Position numbers and translations under genes: made by a program. Below, in pieces: positions 1 to 10,400 of a stretch of 32,712 nt of DNA. Each line of letters begins with the position of its first letter. Positions within the stretch are counted from its first letter, which is position 1. Under the pieces are notes generated by a model. That model made no database searches. It saw only the letters and a list, made by a program, of their open reading frames with translations, and was not told the DNA's origin. Where the stretch lies: NCBI GenBank assembly GCA_000934665.2, contig KZ539125.1, positions 1-32,712 on the forward strand, written 5' to 3'. Source of the DNA: Catajapyx aquilonaris. Lineage: Eukaryota.

Positions 1-1224
1 ATGCGTGTTTTCGCTTGTTGCCATATTTTCACCTCGCATATCTCAACGACACGCGGAGCTAGCACAGGTTTTATTGCATAACCTTTAAGGGGTCACCGAG
101 TATATCACAAAATAAAATCAGCATAACCGTCACGTTTACCATAACGCCGTAATAAATTGCGAAATATGCGAATTTTGACCAAAATATGCAATGTTGGAGA
201 TTTTTTTGCAGGTGACTGTACCATTAAATGAGGTAAATTTATGCATTACATGACAGTGTGTTCTTCCAAAAGCATGAGTAAAAAATTTCATGTTGGTTTT
301 CAGAACAGTTCCCGAGATATACTCATTGAAAGCAATGGAAAAAGTGCACTTCCAGTGAAGATTATTTTGGTACCCCTTGAAAGAAATATTAATATTTCGA
401 TAACTAAATTTAATCTCGTAAAACTGATTGCTCCATAAGGGTTCAATTGGATGTGGGTTTCACATATATATTTTGTTTAAAAATCGAAGACCATGACTGG
501 GCACCCTCCGTCTGGATTGAAATGGAACCAGCCTATAGTGGAATGTGACGAAAACCGCCATGTGCATCTGCTGTGAAAACCCGCCAAGTGTGGCAACAGC
601 CAGAAATGAGGAAAAAAGGACCATTATCTGACCATATACGCTATGTGGAGCAATTAGTTCAAAGAAATTCAGCTATGTGGTGCGTGTTACACATAGCGGA
701 TTTGTATAGAAGTGTATAGAAGATGACAAGTTCCTTTCTCTTAGCACCGTAATGATAAAAATTATTTTAATGTCCAACTGAACTATGAGTTAATAATTGA
801 AATAATAATATTTTATAATTATAATTATTTATCTGTCATGAACAAAATTCAGCTATGTGGGGCATGTGACTTGTTAAAATCCGCTATGTGTGATAATCAC
901 TAAGAAATGCGTATTATTTCCTGGAATTTCATATGAATTCTGTTTATTCTTAGTGCAATACATGCATTATGAGAAACATGCCTTAATAAAAAAATCTGGA
1001 TCACACACATGCCACTTCAAAGGTTTTAATTGGTTTTTTGTCCCTCCTGAAAAGTTGTCCTTCACCCACATAGAGGATTTCCGATGCCTAACAACGACTT
1101 GTCATCTAAGAAGTATGTGGGAAGATCAATAAAACTATTATTGTGCAGTGGGATGATCAACACACCTAATTAAGATAGAAGTCCTGACCTCTCTAATACC
1201 TTGTCTCCACTAGGGCAGGATCTA

Positions 1225-1969
1225 CGAGGGCGAATCAAATGAAACCCGTTCGTGGGGTCTGGAGGGGATACTGCTGAACACAGAGACTTGAAATTTCTAC
1301 AACAGCAACATAGTACCAATACCTTCCAAATGCATTGGTAAGAGTCTGCGCGTGCATACCGTGCACGCCGCTGCAGCCAATCCAAGTCGGCGTGCACTCT
1401 GCCGAGCATACCCAAGCTATAGGAGTGCATTGTTCTTCAATTTATGGTGACCGAGGGCTATAGAACCACGGAAATCCATCGGAGGATGCTTTGTGCAATT
1501 CCAGTTGCTTGGCAAAGACAAATGTCATGGAATGGTGCCGGAGATTTCAAGATGACAGACAATCCACTGCCGACCTTACCCGACCAGGCCAGGCTCGGCT
1601 CGCAATCACACCTGCTATCATTGCACATGTAGACCAGCTGATAAGGGATGATCGAGGATGAATCCGTCTTACTTGGATACAATGGTCAGCCTTAGTTATG
1701 GTGCGTGTTCACATTGTCCATTACCACCTGGAATACTGCAAGCTAATCAGAAATGGAAGAACAATGTGCTGATACCGCTTGGGTACTCTCGGCAGGGCGC
1801 ATGCCGTCTTGGATTGGCTGCGGTGGCATGCGCGGTATGCGCACGCAGACTCTTACCTATGAATTTAGAAGGTATTGGTATTATCTTGCTGTGGTAGAAG
1901 TTTCATGTCTCTGCGTTCAGCAGTATCCTCTCCAGACGCCACGAACGGGTTTCATATGATTCGCCCTAA
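1225..1969 (+). mobile_element. Non-autonomous mariner element with ~220-bp inverted arms (two 5' ends)
   Basis: TA|CGAGGGCGAATCAAATGAAACCCGTTCGTGG at left and its inverted copy ending GATTCGCCCTAA|TA at right; TA TSD; transposase fragment inside. Confidence 0.88.
1387..1745 (+). pseudogene. Decayed mariner transposase N-terminal HTH region
   Basis: Frameshifted pieces IVLQFMVTEGYRTTEIHRRML / CLAKTNVMEWCRRFQDDRQSTADLTRPGQARLAITPAIIAHVDQLIRDDR / MVSLSYG...IVHYHLEYCKL match the mariner DNA-binding domain; internal stops. Confidence 0.85.
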
Positions 1970-2584
1970 TAGCTCTACTGATGATGTACTATATCGCTCA
2001 AAAACATAGACGATTTTGCATTTGATTCAAGTGCAGGCTGCACTTGAGCCAATTGCAAAATTGTCTCTATGTTTTTGAGCGATATAGTACCTCCATACAT
2101 GATTCCGGTCAGCCTACAAGCACTCTCCATCTCTCCATGTGCTCTCCACCCCGTCTCCACTGTGATTCATGATACCAGATGAATGGAAGGAACACTGTAA
2201 AATATATGTATAATTATACACCATATATATATTTTAAACGATATTTCTTTGAAACACATATTTATCTGGCATGAATGGCCAATTAAATCGCGATCTTAAA
2301 GTACCCAAGCATCATCTGGCAACACCCACCATTTATGAACATCTAGGGGGAGGATGAGGGGGAGGCAGGGGAGCAGTTGAGGTGGGGGATGTTAGGACCT
2401 TAAGCCATAGGCTCAGATCTATGGCAATTGTTGCCTGGTCCTTTCAGAAAGGACACTGTGGACAGATTTCTGCTGTCAAATCTGCTAGGTGACCTTTTTG
2501 ATGCCTGCTGCTGACTAAAACAGGGTTGGTGCAGGAGTTTAGGTCAAAGGAGGTACAGAGGTACACTGGAAATTCACAAAATAA

Positions 2585-2765
2585 AGGCCCATACACAGGC
2601 TGTCGACGGTTTTGGTTTTTGGTCGCGTTGACGCCGCGGACCAATCATAACTCATGTAAACAAGCGCAACCCATTGTTTAGAGCTTGTTTACATGGGTCA
2701 TGATTGGTCCGCGGCGTCAACGCAGCCAAAAACCAAAACCGTCAACGGCCTGTGTGTATGGGCCT
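2585..2765. mobile_element. PIF/Harbinger (Tourist-like) palindromic MITE, 181 bp
   Basis: TAA|AGGCCCATACAC...GTGTATGGGCCT|TAA; ~80-bp arms forming a near-complete hairpin; 3-bp TWA TSD. Confidence 0.85.
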
Positions 2766-3424
2766 TAATGTTGATTGGAGGCTTTACATTTTTAATAACA
2801 ATGTTGTCAGGTCTGATACCCCTGCAAGGTTATGATACCAGCACTGTGATATCATTAACAACAGTAATGTCAATTGGACCTTTTGAAAATTGAAACATAA
2901 TTTTGCGATTAGTGTTCTTAAGGTTGCATTGATACAGTACATGCATACATACATAGTGTATTGCAACATTTTGCTTATAAGCCTATTAGAGGTAGTCAGT
3001 GACTAAGAAGACACGTTGCTTGCAATGGTAAGCTTCAATGCTGAATCAGTTTCTTCCACATTACTCCCACCTAGTTCATAATGCAGTTCCTTAGGCTAGA
3101 AGCTATATCCTGATGCAATGTGGCTGCATCCAGCAACAGGTGAAAGTGCTATCGGCATGGAAATGGGACAGACATTTGTCAATAGTCAGCTTACCCCCTA
3201 GTGTCCATACCATTTCCTCGCCAATAGTACAAGGTGTTATCTGAACTGGGTCCTCATGTTTCTCCATAAATGTGCAGTATGCCATTGAATTGGCATGTCC
3301 ATGGCTAATCTCTTGAGTTGCCACTTGCAACCTTCCCATGTGGGTAGGCAAATACACTAAACAGGTTGCAAAGCTTCCATCTAAAATGTTTCCACTAATG
3401 CAAATATTTTTGGATTTTTGGCAG

Positions 3425-3552
3425 GATGTGGGAAAACTCAAAATGATGATGATGACGACGACGAAGATGATGGCGATGAGGAAGATACATCAAATCCTGA
3501 GGATCCAGTGTCAATGCAAGAACTACTTAGAAGGGCCAATGAAAAGCAGTCT
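3425..3552 (+). CDS. PHF14: PHF14 exon, acidic region (CGKTQNDDDDDDEDDGDEED...RRANEKQS)
   Basis: tggcag acceptor and gtgagt donor; Asp/Glu-rich and in frame with the next exon. Confidence 0.8.
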
Positions 3553-4437
3553 GTGAGTTTTTAGTGAGGTAAACAAGATTTGATGTAATGCTAAATTCAC
3601 CATTACGTTTTAGGTGGATTTGATTCCAGGTTCCAAAGTTGTGGTCTGTTGTGCTTGCTTAGGAGACCGGAGCGATGGAATGAATGAAATTGTTGAATGT
3701 GATGGATGTGGCGTTTCTGTACATGAAGGTACGCATCTTGAGAGCCACTCAAGTAAAAAAATTAATTTGAGAAATTCCTTTCAGGTTGCTATGGTGTAAC
3801 AGACTCAGCCAGTGTCTCAAGTACCATATCATCATGCTCAACAGAGCCATGGTTTTGTGAGCCGTGCAAGGCAGGGATGGATAATCCAACTTGTGAACTG
3901 TGTCCCAATTCAGGTGCTGAAAGTTGTTGTTCTAGTTGGCACCCAATAAGTGTCTGATGCGAAGTGAGGTGCATTCTAATTGCAAATAATGATCACTGCT
4001 TGACTATATCAATGACAGCTTGCATTGTAAATTCTCATCAGATTCCGTCCACCTTCTCTTTATTCAATATAATTATGTAGTCATCCATGACAGACCTTAT
4101 AGTGTGGCAACTGTAACTCATATTAATTTTGTCATCTACCCATGACCTTGACTTTAGCATTATTGGTAGTAAAGGGCGACACGGTGGCCGAGGGGTTAGC
4201 GCCGCAGCCTTCCACCTCTAAGGTCCCGAGTTCGATCCCCGGGTCGGGCGGAGGATACTTATGTGGATAGAGTTTCGATGGGTTCTCTCCGTGTTCGCGT
4301 AGGTTTTCTCGGGGTTCTCCCATTTCCTCCCACTATCAAAATCCATCACATTACAGGCAAATGATTGAAGTCGGGGATTCAAAAGATGATCCCCTAAGAG
4401 GCCCAAGGGGCCTATCACGGGGTATCCATCATCATCA

Positions 4438-4490
<53 letters not shown>

Positions 4491-7400
4491 GGTAGTATTC
4501 CACCCATTGTTCCCCTGCATGATGTTTTCCCATATTCAACTAACTTTTTTTTTTTTTTTTGACACCATGTTCCTGATTGCTGTAACATGGCTTGATTCAT
4601 TAGTAACTGTGCGCATTTTAAAATTCTGAAACAGTAGCATATGCAGATATGACCTTGACTCAATTTTGGGGTAATTCCACGGGAACAGAGATATGATCCA
4701 AAAATGAAGTCATGTATTGTGGGGTGATAGATGGATTATTGAAAGCAGATCATTATGGGCTGTATTCAGAGTCGTTGGCTAATGCACTGCTAATGCACCG
4801 CAAAAGTCCTCACTAACTCGTGCGGCACTCACTTGCACCTCACTAGTTGCTCTCATTCACAGTTGCCTCACTACCTGTTTGGAGGAGTGCACTAGGTTGA
4901 AGAAGTTCACTAGTGAGTCGCGGTGTTGCCGCGATTTCACAGTCAGGTTTTCGGCCACCGTCTCTGCGATAAGTGGGCTTTTAAATATTGATACATGCCT
5001 TTTTCGATTTTATTACAGTTTATAGGCCTGAAAACACATTTTAGATGTTTAAACAATTAATAATGACGGATTTACAGAAAAAATTCGAAGCTAGGGAAAC
5101 AAATGACGATCGTTGCCCGCCTCTGTTCGGAACCGGATCTGGGATGATACATCCATCTGGGCTTGCGATATAAAATAATAAATTTGCGTTTGGAACACGA
5201 ACTAGTGTTCGGTACTTCGGTATTTAGCTTGGTTTTCGGTAGCAGCATCGTGGGTAGCAAGACATGTTGTGTGCACGCAAGGCTTATATTCCAATCCAGT
5301 AGTAGAAGTAGCCTTGGTGCACGTTGCAGACAAGTCAATCGCGTGAGATAATGGCCGGAAAGGGGGTGAAGAAGCCAAGTAGTATGGATCCAGGCGTGTT
5401 AGGGGTGTTGGCCACATACCGCACTCTCCACACACGCCGAATGTTGTGCAGGAGCCTGGCTAACCTGTCTCCCATTTCCCCCTGCACCTACTATCATGCC
5501 TGCTAGACTGTTCCATGTTGCTATGCTATTGGCCTACATTATTCCATTTCAAATGCCCCTTTAAAAAATCGCGCCTCTTGGCTGATGGCACTCTGACCCC
5601 GTTTTAAAAGTAAATGATTTTACTTCGTGAAGCTACATGAAGATAGCCAGTGCCCAAATCAGGATACACATATTTGTCCTGCTCCGTAAATATGTATGCC
5701 AGGACTGCACTGCCTCACATTCAGCTGGATTAGAGGAGCGGAGTCCAGCCGCCATTGCCTGTCTGGGGTTAGTGAAGGGTTAGTGCGACGCAAAAGATGG
5801 GGGCCCCCTTCACTAAGTTTTACCTTAGTGCACCGCTTTACCAGGATCCCACTAAGCCCGCACTAGGCCAGCACTAGGCCTAAAGCGCGACTCTGGATGC
5901 GACTTTCCTTAGTGAACTAGGTCACATGGTTTAAAGCACTGCACTAAACTCGTGTTGTTGACGCTGAATACAGCCCTATGTCATTATGTCAGATGAAGGT
6001 GTAACAACATCCTGCTACCAGATAGCAGCAGAACCATGGAAAAGTCAAGATGTAATAGTCTTAACAACGTTCTTAGAAGAATAGGTCGGGACACTCGCCG
6101 CCATCTTGCGTGCTGTTATCCCTTCCCACATTGGCGCTAGTATAGCTGCAATGGAATCACGCTGTGGAACTTGCTGTGGCATAGCAACTATCAACCCTGA
6201 CGGTACAACTATGCATCTTGGTGTATTGCTATCGATTGCTATCGGTACCGGTAGTTAGGTGTTAATGCATAGTTGCACCGTCAGGGTTGATAGTTGCTAT
6301 GCTGCAGCGAGTTCCACAGCATGATTCCATTGCAGATATACTAGCGCCAATGCGGGAAGAGATAACAGCACAGCTTTTTCTATTGCCCTGGGATAGAAGT
6401 GTCGGGGCTGGTCGTAACTGACGCAACTTTCCACTGTTAGTTGCGTCAGTTACGTTAATCCTAATTTCTCCTGTAAACCTGAACATGAACAGGCGTGGTC
6501 TAAAATAATCATAAAATTGCTCCTCTAGTGTAGATTACATATCAGTTGTAACATTACTTCTGAACACATTCAGCTCACAGGATTTCACGTCACTGCAGCA
6601 CCACCCAAAGAGCTCATTTCTTTTCATGTTGGTTCAGTTACATTATATAAATATTTTAAGGAGTCCATTCAAGTTACTGTTGTGAAATTCTAAAAATATG
6701 ACAATAAGCTATCAGGAGACAGCCACATGGGAATAATTTAAAATTCCATTTCCATTAACATTTGCCATTGCAATAAATGTAAGTACAGCATGAATCCCTT
6801 TCCAAATGTTACGTCAGTTACGGTGGAATTACCCTTTGAAGGTCTGGCAATTACAATTTGGTCTGGTATGTAGATGGAACACAGATTGCTAGTGGGGGCC
6901 AGTAAACAAAGGAGGATTGTGACTTGCCAAGCCTGATGAGCTTAGAGCAGCATTCGATCATTGCAGTTGAGATTCTGACGGTGTCATGTGCAAATCAGTG
7001 TGTCATGCACAGCTGAGACTTTTCGTTGCTGCTAAAGTACACTTTTACCTTACGTTACAAGTATTAACCCACTGCCATCATGGGGCAGGAACCTGTCGAA
7101 AAGTCAAAATGGACAAAAAATTTAGGTCCATCAGTAACAAACAATATTGGCGAATCATGTGAGCATGATTAGAGTAGACTTTTCATGTTTACTGCTATTG
7201 TCCCCAACATCCGTCACAGTATTGGGACTGAAACTGAAACCACCCATAACTCATATTTGGCCAAAAGTGGAATTACCCTTTCCCCCTCCCTCCTCCTACC
7301 CCCAGACCGCCCATTTCCCCTTTAAAAAAATCTATCCTAGCAAACCCAGCTTTTAGACCTTTTTTCATCCATCGAAAAAAGTCATATAGCACAGCTCTGT

Positions 7401-10400
7401 CCATCTGTCCGTCTGTGGACAGGTATCATGTATCATGGGGTCAGAGGAGCGAGGGGGGAAAGGGGGAGGGGATGGTGGGGGGACTGGGAGGTCAGGGGAG
7501 AATGGGCGGTCAGGGGTAGGGGGTGGTGGGCGGAGGGGGCAGGCAGGGGGAAGGGGTGGATAGAGTGAACCTGGAACCCTAAAATCGTAAAAAAGTCCAA
7601 TATCACGGCTCTGTCTGTCTGATACCTGTCCACAGACAGACAGACAGCCATTCTAGACGATTAATGTAGTGTGGACAGTAAAACATATAATAAGCATTTA
7701 AAAAACCTTCATGGTGAAATATCCTATAAAATTTATTGCAAGTAAAAATAACAGCAGCGATAGCGCAATCCTCTTGGGGGTCATGACTCACAAGTTGGGA
7801 ACCACTACCTAAAAAACCTTACCACTGTCCTAAATTGACAATCAGTAAAAAGCTGTCAACATGCCCTGAATGATGGATGTGGGGGTGCCAATTAGAGATA
7901 TGTTATTGCATGTTAACTCATTTTTCTGAGTTGAGTATTGTCTGATGTAACACATACACATTCATTGTGGAAAATTTCCCTGAACAGGGTGGTTCCCATG
8001 TACCGGGTGTTTCTCTGCCCAAGTTGACAGCAGTAGAGGAGAGGTGAGGGAGAATATGCTGATGAATTTGTCACCCTCGGTCTGCATTCAAATGTAGGTC
8101 CGGACTTTGCACAATGTTTTGGTCTTGATTTACCGTTTGCATGCCTTCGACATTGTTTGCATTAACATGGGGGAATAATTATTCATCAGCAACTATGATC
8201 TGCCCCCTCTTAGTTGATTGTCAATTTGGGAATAGGAGCACCCTGCCTATAGGTTTCACTCTGCTTCTCTTTATGGGTGAATATTTCACCATAACCTGCT
8301 TCATGGGTACCAAGTTACGGAAACTAACCCCAAAACGTATGACTTGAAACAAGTGATTGTTGTAGCTTTTTTTCCTTTCTCAAATGCACGTTGATCCATT
8401 AGCAGGAGTGTAACTAATATAATGGCATATTTGAGTGAGAAATGTAACTAATTAAACTTCATGTGGCTCTCATTTAAAGGTGGCATATTCAAAGAGACGG
8501 ATGTGGGAAAGTGGGTGCACTTAGTATGTGCCTTGTACGTGCCAGGTGTGGCTTTTGGAGAAGTTGACAAATTGAGCAGTGTAACACTGTTTGAGATGTC
8601 ATACAGCCGCTGGGGTGCCAAACCGTGCAGTCTGTGTGAAGATGAACGATATGGGAGGACTGGAGTGTGCATAGGTTGTGATGCTGGCATGTGTAGGACA
8701 TACTTTCATGTTACATGGTAAGATCATTAAGAACTGTTACGACATTAGCCATGTGTCAGCCTACTTGATTGGACTTCATTTGTAGTGCTCAAAGGGAAGG
8801 ACTTTTGTCAGAAGCTCACTCAGAGGAGGTGGACCAGGCAGACCCTTTTTATGCTCACTGCAAGCTTCATACTGACAAGATGTTGATGAGGTGAAACAAA
8901 GAGACTTTGAATAACCTGATTCTGCAGTGAAATTGCATTCCCAAAATGATATTTCAGGCGGAGGCGGAGAAACTGGTTGGCTCTTCATCTTCAGATCAAG
9001 CAGCGTCAACTGAAAAAGGAGCGTCTGAGGAACGGAACAGAAGTACCTGCTGATGCTAAAACTGATCAACAGCGCATACTTCGAAAGCTCCAGAAACATC
9101 ATGAGAGATTCGTGGCAAGCAAAGCTCTTAAACCCCCTCCTTGGGGTGAGTAGCAAAAATTGATCAGTATGTTCTATGTATAGTAAAGAAGATTGCAGGT
9201 ATCTTACAGATGATAGATAGGATTGCTGGTACCTTGCAAGTGGTATAATAGATTATGAATCTGCGATAAAAATATGCATATGCATAATGTTTTATAGTAG
9301 GGACAGTCCTTATTGGCAGTGTGTGTTTCTTTTGTCCCCACATATTTTTACCTTAAATGGAAAAGAATTGAACCGTGGAATCAGAAACCTAGATAAGTTA
9401 CATCACAAATGATTAGGCACATATGCACCTCTTGCTGAAGCCTTATCTCTATGGCACAGGGAGCATCATACATGCACCAAACTTGGGTGGTAGGTGCACC
9501 TGGCGAATCCAAAACTGTACTGGTTGTCACAACACTGATGGCAGAGATGAGTACGGTGTGGGAGTACGTTTCTTTGACCTCCCCCTATCTTAGCAGTTCC
9601 CCATGTAACATATCTTAATTTCTGATTCCACAGTGAGTTCGAGCCACATGGTCCTGCTCGTTTTACACTTTGAAAAGTCATATCTTCAGTTGGAAGTGCT
9701 GAAATATTTTTTTAACACTTTTTATGGGCATGCACCTTGAAGGTCATTAGATGTTTTAGTAATACAATTTTAAGTTTTAATTATTGGGACAGTGGCCCTG
9801 TAGTATAAAACCACCAAAAGGGGCATTCATCATTTAATATTGAACTGCGGACAGTGAAGCATCACTCTTTTTTTTATTATTAGGCTTATGGACAAGCCTT
9901 GTAAAATTATAATAAATGACCAAAAATGGTTTTATGCATTGAATAAGTATCCAAAAAACCTTTCCTTGAACAAAATATTAGCTATTGTACATGTTTACCA
10001 TGAAAAATTATTACGTGAGTAATTGACTGTATACAGTTTACCAGCAATTACACTACTATCCGTTTATTTAATATAGGCCCCCGTGTTTGACTTGAAACAA
10101 CTCCCAGGCAAATGATCCAAAAAATTAATGTTATACATCGTTGGAAAGCTTGTTTAAATCCACGTTACATACATGCGAGTTGGTTTCCTATCATCAGTGT
10201 GTAATTTTTTACCGCAAGAAGAAGGCGGAAAGGTGTCATTTTTTGACTAGTTGCCGTCGATACGCCGCAAAATGATTTTTTTTCTGACACTTCCAGAGGC
10301 CAAAAAATTCCTCCTGTGAACCATGGATAGTGCAGATCTTTGTCTATCTAATGATATATTTGAAACTTAGAAATAGCCATTTGTGTAATCATAATTAAGT

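Larger units (their letters stand above)
4669..6834. mobile_element. Non-autonomous DNA transposon, Sola2-like, hosting a nested Harbinger element
   Basis: TTTG|GGGTAATTCCAC ... GTGGAATTACCC|TTTG: 12-bp TIR, GGG termini, 4-bp TSD. A second GTGGAATTACCC at 7267-7278 is an alternative right end. Confidence 0.55.

Noticed and set aside
89..376. Kolobok-like MITE (TTAA|GGGGTCACC...GGTACCCC|TTGA)
   Set aside because: TIR too short and TSD imperfect; cannot be supported without other copies.
535..1098. CRISPR-like repeat array
   Set aside because: Eukaryotic context, irregular spacing, mixed orientation and no cas genes.
4174..4248. tRNA gene
   Set aside because: A and B boxes are present, but the sequence continues into a SINE body, tail and TSD; it is a SINE head. 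The same applies to about 24985-25057 on the minus strand.
4218..4663. Poly-Asn / poly-Ile ORFs
   Set aside because: Translations of the (ATT)n SINE tail.
8776..9156. 126-aa antisense ORF
   Set aside because: Shadow of PHF14 exons on the opposite strand.
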